64,000 nt of DNA from Nitrosopumilus sp. (GCA_965205215.1 OZ242041.1:992001-1056000), one strand, 5' to 3'; positions 41,357 to 51,603 are shown, numbered from the stretch's first letter. Numbers and translations: made by a program. The notes: generated by a model from the letters alone, not told the origin.

Positions 41357-41391
41357 TTATGCATCTTCCGGGCATTCGGTTAAAAAAGTAT

Positions 41392-42477
41392 TCAAACCGC
41401 GGTGCATCCGCTGTAGTCTATGCCGGCCGCAAAGCAGTCGTGCCCCCTCGATGCCAGGTCCGCGGCCGCGCCCCTCATGCCGTCCGGATCCGTAAACGCA
41501 ATGGCGCAGCCCCCGCCGCCTGCGCCCGTGATCTTGGAGCCGTGAGTGACCCCGTTCATCTCGTCTATCATCTTGTCTAGCTTGGCGTTTGAGACGCCTA
41601 TCCTGCTCAGGTATGACTGGTTGAGAGAGGCCCACCTGCCCAGCATGGATGCAGTCGACTCCCTGCCGCCGCGTCCGGCGGTTTGGGGCTGCTCTGGCGG
41701 CGCCGACGATCCCGCCATATCGTCCGGCAGCGCACCGGACACCAGCAGTTCGGTGACGTCTGAGACCAGCCTGGACTCCATCCGGCTCAGCTCCTCGAAC
41801 TCTTCGGGATGATCTCCCCTGAACCCTGATACCATACCGACTACCGACTCCGTGTTGTGCTTGGTTCCTGAATCGGACACGACTAGCCCGAACCCGGGGC
41901 CCCCCTCCTGGCGCCTTATTGCGGCCCATCCTGACTTGATGTCGTATGTAATCATCCCTCCCAGGGCCGACGCGGCCGTGTCCGCCCCCGACGCGTTTGG
42001 AAACGTAGTCCTCTCGGCCTCGGCCGCGACGCGCATGACGGTGTCTATATTGTGCCCGGGGTGCTGCCCCAGGACTCCGAGGGCGGCGGCTGCTCCCGCG
42101 ACGCAGCACGCCGAGGACGAGCCGAGGCCCGCGCCGGGCGGTATCTCGGACTTTACGTCAAGCGTGATCCCCCCGCCGCTGCGTCCCGCCATCCTGCAGG
42201 TTTCCTTTGCTATGTGGTACAGGGGCCTTAGGACGGGATCCACGTCTGCCGCGTCGCGGCTGAACGACTCGCACTCCAGCGTTCCCAGCTCGGAGGTTAT
42301 CCGTATGTCGTCTGACTTTGCGGCCCCCACGTGCACGCGCCTGTCTATTGCGCACAGTATGGCGCTCGAGCCGTACACGACAAAGTGCTCGCCGAACAGT
42401 ATGACCTTGCCGGGCGCGGACGCGACTATCCGCCCGCCACCGCCGACGCCCGCCCTAGCGCCATCCTGCATGCCCAT
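41392..42477 (-). CDS. mvk: Mevalonate kinase
   Basis: APGKVILFGEHFVVYG, GAGLGSSS, SGAD, KITGAGGGG. Confidence 0.94.
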   Translation of the reverse strand: MGMQDGARAGVGGGGRIVASAPGKVILFGEHFVVYGSSAILCAIDRRVHVGAAKSDDIRITSELGTLECESFSRDAADVDPVLRPLYHIAKETCRMAGRSGGGITLDVKSEIPPGAGLGSSSACCVAGAAAALGVLGQHPGHNIDTVMRVAAEAERTTFPNASGADTAASALGGMITYDIKSGWAAIRRQEGGPGFGLVVSDSGTKHNTESVVGMVSGFRGDHPEEFEELSRMESRLVSDVTELLVSGALPDDMAGSSAPPEQPQTAGRGGRESTASMLGRWASLNQSYLSRIGVSNAKLDKMIDEMNGVTHGSKITGAGGGGCAIAFTDPDGMRGAAADLASRGHDCFAAGIDYSGCTAV

Positions 42478-42654
42478 GTCTTGCCGTGCTTTTTTGTGCT
42501 ATTATTGATGTTGTCCTTTCTCTTATTCTCAGACGTTGCCGCCTCCGCGGCCTTGGCGTCGTGGTGATGCTGCTGCTGCCATTGTTGCCGTGCAATAACG
42601 ACGCTGGCGCGCCGCCGGAAATAATGCGCGTGCGTTCCTGACGCCGCGGGGCTA

Positions 42655-43341
42655 CTACTCTATGTCTTCCTCGTTTGCCTTTGTCTCAAAGTCGTCGATC
42701 TCAAAGCCCACCGGGTCGTTCTCGCCGATCTCGCCGCGCTCTATCATGATCTGGCGCACGAGCAGCCAGTAGATGGTGGCCAGCGCCTTGCGCCCCCTGT
42801 TGTTTGCGGGTATTATCAGGTCGAGATCCGACGTGATGTTGTCGGTGTTTGCAATCCCGATGACGGGGATTCCCGCGTTCTTGGCCTCCGTTACGGCCTG
42901 CTCGTCCATCTGGGGATCCGAGACGAGCACGAGCTTGGGCTCGATATAGTACGGCAGCGACGGGTTTGTCAGCGTGCCCGGCATGAACCTTCCGGTCAGC
43001 ATCTTTGAGTTGAGCCTCTCGCAGAACTTTTCGATGGGCGTCGCGGCGTACTGCCTTGCGGAGCACACTATGAGGTTCTCCGCCCCGATCCTGTTGATGA
43101 ACTTGGCTGCCGTCTTTATCCTCTCAAACGTCTTGTCCAGGTCAAGCATGTAGAGGCCGTCGGTGCTGGCCTTTGTGATGAACTGCCTCATGAACTTTGT
43201 CTTTACCTGCGTCCCGACCCTGATTCCGGTTACGAGTATCTTTTTCTGTATGTCGGTGGTCTCCAAGGACTGCTGTTGCTGCTGTTGTGGTGGTGATTCT
43301 GCCTCTGGGGGCTGCTGCTGTTGGCTACTCATGGATTTCAC
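42655..43341 (-). CDS. rps2: 30S ribosomal protein S2
   Basis: GIRVGT..KT, GRFMPGTLTNP, IPANNRG; Gln-rich N-terminal extension. Confidence 0.96.
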   Translation of the reverse strand: MKSMSSQQQQPPEAESPPQQQQQQSLETTDIQKKILVTGIRVGTQVKTKFMRQFITKASTDGLYMLDLDKTFERIKTAAKFINRIGAENLIVCSARQYAATPIEKFCERLNSKMLTGRFMPGTLTNPSLPYYIEPKLVLVSDPQMDEQAVTEAKNAGIPVIGIANTDNITSDLDLIIPANNRGRKALATIYWLLVRQIMIERGEIGENDPVGFEIDDFETKANEEDIE

Positions 43342-44633
43342 AACTCTGCCATGCCTTGTATTAAATCATGCTCCGTGCCGTCCTGGGACTCTGCAATCCT
43401 GAGCAGCTCGTTGAGCTTTGCCACCCTCTCGCCGCCTACCACCCCGACCTTGAGCATCTTTGATCCCGTCGCTATCCCTATGTGCGAGATGTGCGACTCG
43501 GTGGACTCCCCGGAGCGGTGGGACGTCACGAGGCTGATGCCGTTTCTGGCGCCTGTGGCGGCAAACTCGAGCGCGTCGTAGAGCCCGCCCGCCTGGTTTA
43601 CCTTTAGTATCGCCGCGTTGCAGGACCCGCCGCGCGCCGCCTTTTCGAGTATGGACGCGTTCGTAACGGTGAGGTCGTCGCCCGTGACCAGCACGTCCGG
43701 GAAGCGCGCCCTTATCTGCGCCATGTCCTCAAACGCCTCCTCGTGCACGGCGTCCTCCGCGTATATCAGCTTGAACCTGGATATCAAATCCGACGCAAAC
43801 TCGATCTGCTCCCCCGGGTCGTTCTCAAAGCCGGCCCTGTCGTACACGTACCTTGACCTCGACGCGTCCCACTGGGTGGACGATGCAAAGTCGACGCCAA
43901 GCGAGACCTCCCTGCCGAGCGTAAACCCCAGGTTCTCGCATGCCTTGGCAGCTGCCTGCAGCGCCTTTTCGTTGTCGAGCTTGGGGGCCCATCCGCCCTC
44001 GTCTCCCTTTCCGCCCGAAAAGCCGGGGTCCAGTTTCTGCAGGACCCTGCGCAGCTCCGAGTGGACCTCGAGGTTTGTCCGTATGGCGTCCTGTACGGTG
44101 TCCGAGCCCGTGGCGCAGATCAGGATCTCCTGTATGTCCGGCGTCCCGGGTCCAGCGTGCGCCCCTCCGCCCAGTATGTTTCCAAGCGGGAACGGGAACC
44201 TGTATCGCTTTGCCGACGACGACGCCGACGACGCGGACGCCAGCGGCGCCTGCTCCCCTAGGAACCTGTAGAGCGGCTTGCCTGCTGACCTAGCCGCGGA
44301 CTCCGCGGCCGCTATGCTCAGCGCAAAGGCGAGGCTGCCGCCCATCTTGGGGTACCCCGGCTCCGGGTCGATCTCCCTGATTACTTTGTGCATGGCGCCC
44401 ACGTCCCCGGGGTCCGCGCCCGATATCCTGCCGGCGTTGTCGTTGAGTATCTGGAGGCTCGCGGCCACGCCGCCCTCCGGAAAGCTTGCCGTCTCGTGGA
44501 TCCCGACGCTTGCGCCGGAGGGGGCCGCGGCCCTGCCCGCGTGCCTGTCATCCGTTGTTATGTCGACTTCTATGGTGGGACTGCCCCTGCTGTTGTATAC
44601 GAGACGGCCCCTTACCGCCGTTATGGCAGGCAT
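43338..44633 (-). CDS. eno: Enolase
   Basis: NSRGSPTIEVD, APSGASVG, GDEGGW, LKVNQ, SHRSGE, ERVAKLN. Confidence 0.96.
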   Translation of the reverse strand: MPAITAVRGRLVYNSRGSPTIEVDITTDDRHAGRAAAPSGASVGIHETASFPEGGVAASLQILNDNAGRISGADPGDVGAMHKVIREIDPEPGYPKMGGSLAFALSIAAAESAARSAGKPLYRFLGEQAPLASASSASSSAKRYRFPFPLGNILGGGAHAGPGTPDIQEILICATGSDTVQDAIRTNLEVHSELRRVLQKLDPGFSGGKGDEGGWAPKLDNEKALQAAAKACENLGFTLGREVSLGVDFASSTQWDASRSRYVYDRAGFENDPGEQIEFASDLISRFKLIYAEDAVHEEAFEDMAQIRARFPDVLVTGDDLTVTNASILEKAARGGSCNAAILKVNQAGGLYDALEFAATGARNGISLVTSHRSGESTESHISHIGIATGSKMLKVGVVGGERVAKLNELLRIAESQDGTEHDLIQGMAEL

Positions 44634-44875
44634 TACTCCATCTCTGTCTGGATCTCTGTCTTCCGCCTATGCATAGCCTCATAGAACGGGATTATCTGCT
44701 GGATTGTCTCCACGGTGGTTAGAAGCATCCTCCTGCAGCAGTACCTCTCAATGCCGAGCTCGTCTAATACCTTGTCTGGACTCACTCCTGCCGACTGCTG
44801 ACTCTTTTCCTGATATTCGTAAAACCTGTCTGAAATCAGGTTCCCGCACGTAAAACACCTGACGGGAACAAGCAT
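44633..44875 (-). CDS. rpoN: RNA polymerase subunit N (Rpo10)
   Basis: PVRCFTCG...RYCCRRM. Confidence 0.97.
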   Translation of the reverse strand: MLVPVRCFTCGNLISDRFYEYQEKSQQSAGVSPDKVLDELGIERYCCRRMLLTTVETIQQIIPFYEAMHRRKTEIQTEME

Positions 44876-44925
44876 ACGGCCGAAACCGACCAAGGATTAT
44901 AAAAACCATGCAAGGGCTTCCCCTT

Positions 44926-45013
44926 GCGGGCGTTGCCCAGCCTGGCCAAAGGCGCTAGCTTGAGGGGCTAGTCTCTCAGGAGTTCGTGGGTTCAAATCCC
45001 ATCGCCCGCACCA
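44926..45013 (+). tRNA. tRNA-Leu(GAG), CCA encoded
   Basis: GCGGGCG/CGCCCGC acceptor stem, CTAGC-TTGAGGG-GCTAG, long variable arm, GGTTCAAATCC. Confidence 0.96.
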
Positions 45014-45106
45014 CATGATCTTGCAAGTACGGACTGCCGCCGCCGCCGCTGCTGCTGCGCGTGCAAAAATATACGATTCATAAGCCGTTTCGAACCATCC
45101 GGTGCA

Positions 45107-45778
45107 ATGCGTAAATGGATGTTTGAGGTGCGGTCCCGTCCATTCGTACTGCTTGCCGCCCTGTTTGCGGCAGTCTCGCTCATGGTGTACGGCGGAGCGA
45201 CCGCGCCGCTCGACGAGGCGGTGCAGTCCGCGCTGTATCATGCCGTAGGTGACCCCGCACTCGACGGGATAATGCAGTACGTCACGGAGGCCGGCGACGT
45301 GTTCAACATGATGGTCTTTGCGATTGCCATACTGCTGATTCCGCGCACGAGGCGCATCGGGATCACCCTAATGATACTGATTGTGATCTCCACCCTGCTT
45401 GCGGGGTACGTAAAGTGCGGGGTGGACAGGAACGGCCCTGAGTACGAGTTTGAGGGCGTCCCGTTCCCGGTCAGCATAAGCAGGGACACCTTTGCGCTGT
45501 TCTGCGAGGGGAGCATTGCCGCGTCGTATCCAGCGGGGCACGCGGCGCGGGCAATGGCGCTTGCCGCGGTCCTGGGGTATGCCCTGTCCGGCCGCTTCCC
45601 GCGCGGAGCGTACCTGATACTGCTGTATCCTGCGTTGATGTCAGTCAGCCGCGTCTATGTCATGCAGCACTATGTGATGGACGTAGTGGGCGGCGTCATA
45701 ATGGGCGCCATGCTTGCCGGCGTGCTGATGCACAAGACAAAGCTGTACCGCATGTTTGAGGAAAAGAACGGCGGCTAG
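45107..45778 (+). CDS. PAP2 family membrane phosphatase
   Basis: K...DR..P, SYPAGH, SRVY...HY..DV.GG. Confidence 0.85.
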   Translation: MRKWMFEVRSRPFVLLAALFAAVSLMVYGGATAPLDEAVQSALYHAVGDPALDGIMQYVTEAGDVFNMMVFAIAILLIPRTRRIGITLMILIVISTLLAGYVKCGVDRNGPEYEFEGVPFPVSISRDTFALFCEGSIAASYPAGHAARAMALAAVLGYALSGRFPRGAYLILLYPALMSVSRVYVMQHYVMDVVGGVIMGAMLAGVLMHKTKLYRMFEEKNGG

Positions 45779-45819
45779 GGCAGCCGCGGCGGCCCCGATG
45801 CCGACCCCGGCGCGACGCG

Positions 45820-46140
45820 CTAGTCCCCAAACCCCAGATCCTCAAGCGCCCCGCTGCCTATCAGAACTATGGCGTAGTGGCCTTCGTCGTGGTGATACGT
45901 CCAGTATTTGATGTCGCGCGTCTCGTTTGCCTGCCGCAGCCCGTGCGTCACGCCGGTCGTCACGGCATAGCCTATCCTCTTTGCCAGCTTGGAGTTCGCC
46001 TTTGGCATTATCACCCTGAAGCCCCCCTTCTTGCCCTTGAATCCGAGGTGCACCATGTCCTCTGCTGCCTCTGCAGCGTCTCCCTCGTCCTTTACGTCGT
46101 ACGTTTTGAGCACGGGCACGTCCCTTGGGTGGAACTCCAT
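45820..46140 (-). CDS. Hypothetical protein
   Basis: 106-aa ORF; TTATTATA box upstream of ATG 46140. Confidence 0.7.
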   Translation of the reverse strand: MEFHPRDVPVLKTYDVKDEGDAAEAAEDMVHLGFKGKKGGFRVIMPKANSKLAKRIGYAVTTGVTHGLRQANETRDIKYWTYHHDEGHYAIVLIGSGALEDLGFGD

Positions 46141-46266
46141 GAGGCTCGTTGCGGCCCGCGCTATAATAAGAAGAGTCCGCGGCCTCAAGGCCGGCATACT
46201 TTCGCGCGGCGGCCGTGCCGCGATGCCCGTCCGGGTGAGGACGGCCGGCGGCCCGTGCGCGCGGCG

Positions 46267-47145
46267 CTATGCTCCGATCTCGCGCGCCATGGTCTCAAAC
46301 GCGCCCTGGACGGTGTGCACCTCTGATATGACGTTGTGCGTCACGCCCTTCTTTTTGAGCTCGTCTGCCGTAAACGGGCCTATTGCCACCACGGCCGTGC
46401 GGGACAGCTTTTCTGTCAGTGCGTCCGCGCCAAAGTCCTTTGACATTATCTCCACAAACCCCCTCACGGATGACGCGCTCGTAAACACGATTCCGTCTAT
46501 CCGGCCCCCGGCAAACTCCGTTCTGAAGTCGTTCCACGTGTCAGTGTCGGAGAACGCGCACACGTCGTACAGGTGCAGCTCCACCACGTCAAGCCCGATC
46601 TTCTCGAGCAGCTCCCTTAGGAACGGCGTCGATGCGCCGCTACGCGGCACTATGACCTTGCGGCCCACTGCGCTCAGTCCTGTGAACAGCTCGCCCACTC
46701 CGACTGACGAGTACGTCTTTGGGGGCATCTCGTTGACCCTTATCCCCTCCGACTCGAGCGCGTCGCGCGTCTTTGGACCCACCGCGACAACTGTCATGTT
46801 TGCGACTGCGAGTCTGAGCCTCTCGTATGTGGATCCCGGCTGTGCGGCGGATCCGTCGCCCCTGTCCAGCTTGCGCGCGGTATCAAAGAGGAGCCTTACC
46901 GCCTTTGAGCTCATGAATACGGCATAGTCGGGAGACTCCGTCCTTGCGGTGTCGAGGAACTCGTTTACTATCTTGTCTCCCTTGCTGACGAGCTGTATGG
47001 TGGGCAGGGCGTGCGCCCTGATGCCCCTGCCGCGTGCCATCTCCAGAAACTCGGCCGCGTCATCCGGCGAGCGTGTTATTGCAACGGTCCTTTGCTGCGC
47101 CGGCGCGCTGCTGTTGCCCGCCTCGGCCTGGACGTCCTGGCTCAT
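46267..47145 (-). CDS. hemD: Uroporphyrinogen-III synthase
   Basis: VAITRS, AVGPKT..AL, FTSASSV, AIGPFTA. Confidence 0.92.
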   Translation of the reverse strand: MSQDVQAEAGNSSAPAQQRTVAITRSPDDAAEFLEMARGRGIRAHALPTIQLVSKGDKIVNEFLDTARTESPDYAVFMSSKAVRLLFDTARKLDRGDGSAAQPGSTYERLRLAVANMTVVAVGPKTRDALESEGIRVNEMPPKTYSSVGVGELFTGLSAVGRKVIVPRSGASTPFLRELLEKIGLDVVELHLYDVCAFSDTDTWNDFRTEFAGGRIDGIVFTSASSVRGFVEIMSKDFGADALTEKLSRTAVVAIGPFTADELKKKGVTHNVISEVHTVQGAFETMAREIGA

Positions 47146-47945
47146 CTGTCCCCCCTCCATCCTATCTCGCCTGCAAGCCCGACTACGCTTCCTATGATTA
47201 TGTTGGCCGGCGGCCTGACCCCCGCCCTCTTTACCTTTGACTGTATGCTGGAGAGGCTGCCTGTTATGGTCCTGTGCTTTGGCGTGGTGCCGTCCTGTAT
47301 CACCGCCACGGGCGTCTTTGGATCCATTCCGCCTGCGACCAACTCGTCGCATATCGCGCCGATTCTTGAGAGCCCCATCATCACCACTATGGTGTCGACT
47401 GACCTTGCCAGGCGCTTCCATTTTACGGCCTCCCTTCTCTTCTCCGGATCCTCGTGGCCCGTGACAAAGGCCACGGAAGACGAGTGCTTTCTGTGCGTGA
47501 GCGGTATCCCGGAGTACGTGGCCGATCCGATGCCCGACGTGACGCCGGGCACAATCTCGTACCTTATGCTGTTGCGCCTGAGGAATTCGGCCTCCTCGCC
47601 GCCCCTGCCGAACATCACCGGGTCGCCGCCCTTCAGCCGTACTATGCGCCTCTTCCTCCTGGCGTGCCTCAGCATCGCCTCGTTCGTGTCGTTCTGGTGG
47701 GTCGTCGGGTCGCCTACTGCGCGGCCCACGTATTCCTTCTCCGCGGACTTTGGCGCCATGTTCAGGATCTTTCTGCTTACGAGCCTGTCGTACAGTATGA
47801 CGTCGGCCTTTTGCAGCAGCTCGACTGCGCGCATGGTTATCAGCTTGGGGTCGCCGGGGCCCGCCCCCACCAGGTAGACGGTGCCGGTGTTCGCGCTCTT
47901 CTTTCCTCTCACCCTCGGTTCCACTCTGCTAGCCCCTCCCTCCAT
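47142..47945 (-). CDS. cobA: Uroporphyrinogen-III C-methyltransferase
   Basis: VYLVGAGPGDP, YDRLV, RLKGGDP..FGRGGEE. Confidence 0.95.
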   Translation of the reverse strand: MEGGASRVEPRVRGKKSANTGTVYLVGAGPGDPKLITMRAVELLQKADVILYDRLVSRKILNMAPKSAEKEYVGRAVGDPTTHQNDTNEAMLRHARRKRRIVRLKGGDPVMFGRGGEEAEFLRRNSIRYEIVPGVTSGIGSATYSGIPLTHRKHSSSVAFVTGHEDPEKRREAVKWKRLARSVDTIVVMMGLSRIGAICDELVAGGMDPKTPVAVIQDGTTPKHRTITGSLSSIQSKVKRAGVRPPANIIIGSVVGLAGEIGWRGDR

Positions 47946-48949
47946 TTTAACCCAAGTCTGGAGACACCCTTTGCCATCATCTCCATGCCGGCCCGTCTTC
48001 CGACGTCTGCAGCGGCATCGGGGGCCCGTCCCCCCGCCACGTCCACGGTGATGTGGTCGCTGCCGTCGATGGAGAACGCGTCGGCCTTGATTGCAATGCC
48101 GCCCCCGGTGTGTCGGGCCAGGGCGCCTACGGGAAACCTGCACCCCGAGCCCACCGCGTCTGACAGGGCCCGCTCCGCGTCGGCCTCTGCCCTGGAGCCC
48201 GCGTGCTCTATGCCCCCGAGCATCGCCGCGGTGTCCGCGTCCCCCGCCCTCGATATGACTGCAAGGGCGCCCTGCCCCGGAGAGGGCAGGAAGCCGTCTA
48301 GTGGCAGTACGGCGTACCTTGCGTCAAGGTTCAGCCTTGCAACCCCCGCGTATGCCAGGACGACCCCGTCCACTGCAGCGGCCGCACTGTCGCCGCTGTT
48401 GTTGTTGTTGTTACTGTTGTCACCCCCCCGTATCTTTCCTATTCGCGTCTCCACGTTTCCTCGGATGGGCTTGACCACCACGTCTGGGCGAGCCCTTGAG
48501 ATCTGGACTGCCCGCCTCAGGCTGCTTGTCCCAATGACGGCGCCCGGGCGCATCTCCTCGAGAGTGCTGCCGTCTGCCGTTATCAGCACGTCGTCTGGCC
48601 TCTCGCGCTCCGGAACGCACGCCAGCGCGAGCCCGTCGGGGAGCTCGGACGGCACGTCCTTCATGCTGTGCACCGCAAAGTCCGCCCTCCCGTCTGCGAC
48701 TGCCTTGTCCACCTCCTTTTCGAATATGCCTTTCTGGTCTATGGTAAAGAGCGGGCGCGCGTCAGTGTCACCCCTCGTGGTTATGGTGGTTACCTCGTAT
48801 GACGTGCCGGGGTTCGCCTCCTCAAGCCGCCTTATCACCGCGCCTGCCTGGGCAAGCGAGAGGCGGCTGCCGCGCGCGGCCACCACGTATCTCGGCTTTC
48901 CCGCCGGCGCCGTCCCGCCGGCGCCACTTCCCGCGTCAGTCCCTTCCAT
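47909..48949 (-). CDS. hemC: Porphobilinogen deaminase
   Basis: RGSRLSLAQ, KGIF.KE, VHSMKDVP, GTSSLRR, RGNVETR, GC..PVG. Confidence 0.95.
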   Translation of the reverse strand: MEGTDAGSGAGGTAPAGKPRYVVAARGSRLSLAQAGAVIRRLEEANPGTSYEVTTITTRGDTDARPLFTIDQKGIFEKEVDKAVADGRADFAVHSMKDVPSELPDGLALACVPERERPDDVLITADGSTLEEMRPGAVIGTSSLRRAVQISRARPDVVVKPIRGNVETRIGKIRGGDNSNNNNNSGDSAAAAVDGVVLAYAGVARLNLDARYAVLPLDGFLPSPGQGALAVISRAGDADTAAMLGGIEHAGSRAEADAERALSDAVGSGCRFPVGALARHTGGGIAIKADAFSIDGSDHITVDVAGGRAPDAAADVGRRAGMEMMAKGVSRLGLKWREGLAEWNRG

Positions 48950-50234
48950 TGTCCCTTACCGCCCTGAGCCCGGCCCCGTACGCGTCGGCAACGCGCTCGA
49001 CGTCCCTGCCGTCGTGGGCGTCTGACAGGAACGCGACCTCAAACTGGGACGGGGCCACGAACACTCCCTTTTTGAGCATAGTCCTGCACAGTATCTGGAA
49101 TTTCTCCCTGTTGCACCTGAGCGCGTCGGCGCTGCTGCCAACCTTTTGCTGGCCCGTAAAGAATACCTGCATCATGGATCCGACGCGGTTCGTCACGTGC
49201 GGTATTCCATATGACGACGCGGCATCATCCACCGCGTCTGCTATGTGCCTAGAGTTCCTGTCGAGCCTCGCGTACATGGCGCTTCCCAGCCTGTCCATGA
49301 CCCTCAAGGACGCGACGGCGGCGCTTACTGCAAGCGGGTTTCCTGCAAAGGTGCTTGCCTGGTATACGGGGCCCGACGGCGCAAGTTTCCGCATTATCCT
49401 CCTTCTGCCCCCGACGGCCGCGATCCCGAACCCGTTGCTCATGGCCTTTGCCATGGTGGTGATGTCGGGACTCACGTTGTAGTGCTGCTGAGCCCCGCCG
49501 GGCGCGACCCTGAAGCCGGTCACGACCTCGTCGAACACCAGCAGTATGCCGTTGTCCCTTGTAACCTTGCGCAGCCTCCTTAGGAACCCCGGCTTTGGGG
49601 GTATCAGCCCCATGTTTGCCATTACGGGCTCCACTATAACGCACGCAATCTCGTCGGCGTGCTCCTCGATGACGCGCTCTGCTGCCTCTGTGTCGTTGTA
49701 CTCGGCCACTATGGTGTCCCTCGACACGCTCTTTGGCACGCCTGCCGATGCGGGCACCCCGTAGTGGGCGGCGCCCGAGCCGGCCCCCACCAGCACGGAG
49801 TCGTGTGCCCCGTGGTAGCAGCCCTCGAACTTTAGCACCTTGCTGCGGCCCGTGTAGCCCCTTGCAAGGCGTATCGCGGTCATCGTCGCCTCGCCCCCCG
49901 TGTTTACGAGCCGGACCATCTCCACCGACGGATATCTTGATATGATCATCTCTGCAAGCTCCGACTCTGCGTCGGTGGGGGCGCAGTAGAGGGTTCCGCG
50001 TCTCAGCTGGGCCTCGACGGCCCTTATGATCTCCCTTCTGCGGTGTCCCAGGAGGAGGGCCCCGTACCCGCAGCACATGTCGGTGATCTTTCTCCCGTCG
50101 GCGTCCCACATGTGGCTCCCGCCGGCCCTTCTTACGAAGAACGGGTACGGCTCAAAGTAGCGCACCGGACTGGTCACGCCAGACGGCATGGCCTTTTTGG
50201 CCCTCTCAAACAGGGCCGCCGATCTTTCTGCCAT
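48936..50234 (-). CDS. hemL: Glutamate-1-semialdehyde 2,1-aminomutase
   Basis: GVTSPVR, FEGCYHG, FDEVVTGFR, YQASTFAGNP, PSQFE. Confidence 0.96.
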   Translation of the reverse strand: MAERSAALFERAKKAMPSGVTSPVRYFEPYPFFVRRAGGSHMWDADGRKITDMCCGYGALLLGHRRREIIRAVEAQLRRGTLYCAPTDAESELAEMIISRYPSVEMVRLVNTGGEATMTAIRLARGYTGRSKVLKFEGCYHGAHDSVLVGAGSGAAHYGVPASAGVPKSVSRDTIVAEYNDTEAAERVIEEHADEIACVIVEPVMANMGLIPPKPGFLRRLRKVTRDNGILLVFDEVVTGFRVAPGGAQQHYNVSPDITTMAKAMSNGFGIAAVGGRRRIMRKLAPSGPVYQASTFAGNPLAVSAAVASLRVMDRLGSAMYARLDRNSRHIADAVDDAASSYGIPHVTNRVGSMMQVFFTGQQKVGSSADALRCNREKFQILCRTMLKKGVFVAPSQFEVAFLSDAHDGRDVERVADAYGAGLRAVRDNGRD

Positions 50235-50322
50235 GCGTTGCGTGGGGTGCCGCTCTATTAATTTCTAGTAGGGGCCGCGGGCCGGAACGGGAACCGCGGC
50301 GCGCGGTGTCGGCGCCCCCGCA

Positions 50323-51066
50323 TCAGGACGCGTCACCATCGCCGTCACTACCACTACCACTGCTGCTGCTGCCGTCGTCACCACCACCTCCGCCGCGTAC
50401 TGCCTGCGCCCGGAACCTGCGCCTTGCCAGTATAGCCGCGGCCACCGTCCCTGCAAAGGGGGCGGTCCAGTACAGCCACAGGTCGGCGACTGCGCCCGAG
50501 AGCACGGCGGGGGCGAGCGCCCTTGCGGGATTCATGGACGCGCCCGACACGTTTCCCATAAGCAGTATGTCGAGCGCCACGATGCCCCCTATGGCCGCGC
50601 CGCCAAACCCGCGCAGGCCCTTTGTGTACACCACGTACAATATGACGCCCATCAGCATGGCGGACACCAGCACCTCGGCCGGAAACGTCACGATAGCCGG
50701 CAGGTCTCGGTTCGGGGCGTTTGCGCCAAGGTCGGCATCCGTCCCTATGAACGTCATGACAAACAGGGAGCCGAGCACGGCCCCTGCTATCTCGGCCGAC
50801 AGGTACCACGCCAGCTGGCCCCTCTTTGTGTGCCCGGTCACATAATACGCGATTGTCACGGCTGGGTTGAAGTGGGCAAGCGACACCTTTGCGAACAGGC
50901 CCACGCATATGACCAGAGCAACAAAGGGCCCCGCGGCCGCGATATACAGCCCGTAGACTCCACCCACTTGGGCGTCATACACTATGGTGCCCGTCGCAAG
51001 TACCACGAGGACAAAGGTGCCTATCAGCTCCACTGCAAATATCTGCGCGTTGGTGTATCCGGACAT
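50323..51066 (-). CDS. Aquaporin/MIP channel, probable arsenite channel
   Basis: AHFNPAVT and ASMNPAR motifs; downstream of arsC. Confidence 0.9.
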   Translation of the reverse strand: MSGYTNAQIFAVELIGTFVLVVLATGTIVYDAQVGGVYGLYIAAAGPFVALVICVGLFAKVSLAHFNPAVTIAYYVTGHTKRGQLAWYLSAEIAGAVLGSLFVMTFIGTDADLGANAPNRDLPAIVTFPAEVLVSAMLMGVILYVVYTKGLRGFGGAAIGGIVALDILLMGNVSGASMNPARALAPAVLSGAVADLWLYWTAPFAGTVAAAILARRRFRAQAVRGGGGGDDGSSSSGSGSDGDGDAS

Positions 51067-51146
51067 TGCGGTCACCCTGAAGTCTCGCGGCGCCCGCCGC
51101 CGTGGGCCGCTGCCGCTGCGCGTACGCGTGCCATGCCCCGCCTGCC

Positions 51147-51560
51147 CTACTCTCCGTCCATTTCCCCTACGAGCGCCCGGACCCTGTCCCTTATCTGGTC
51201 CCGTATGGCCCTGACCTGCCCTGCGTCCGCACCCTTCGGGTCGTCGATCTTCCAGTCTGCCACGCCTTCTGCAAACAGGGCCGGGCACGCCTCCCTGTCC
51301 ATGCACCCCATGTTTATGACAGCCGACCCTGCAAGCATCTCCTGCGTCACTTCCTTCGGCTCTTGCCCTGAGATGTCGATCCCGACCTCCCGCATGGCCC
51401 TGACTGCCTCGGGGCTTACCTGCGCGCCGGGCCTGGTCCCTGCGCTCTGCACCCTGATGTGGGGCGCCATCTGCCTCAGGAAGCCCTCTGCCATCTGGCT
51501 GCGGGCGGAGTTCTCCACGCACACGAAAAGCACGCCTCCCTCGGCGGCGGGTCCTGTCAT
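51147..51560 (-). CDS. arsC: Arsenate reductase (LMW-PTP/thioredoxin type)
   Basis: CVENSARSQMAE P-loop (CX5R), GC..ACP cysteines, W.IDDP. Confidence 0.9.
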   Translation of the reverse strand: MTGPAAEGGVLFVCVENSARSQMAEGFLRQMAPHIRVQSAGTRPGAQVSPEAVRAMREVGIDISGQEPKEVTQEMLAGSAVINMGCMDREACPALFAEGVADWKIDDPKGADAGQVRAIRDQIRDRVRALVGEMDGE

Positions 51561-51567
51561 GCCATTG

Positions 51568-51603
51568 ATATAAATTATAGTTTATATAAATCTAGATTTA
51601 TAT
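51568..51603. promoter_or_regulatory. Two overlapping 20-bp palindromic operators in the divergent arsC/arsR promoter
   Basis: ATATAAA-TTATAG-TTTATAT (51568-51587) and perfect palindrome ATATAAATCTAGATTTATAT (51584-51603). Confidence 0.75.
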
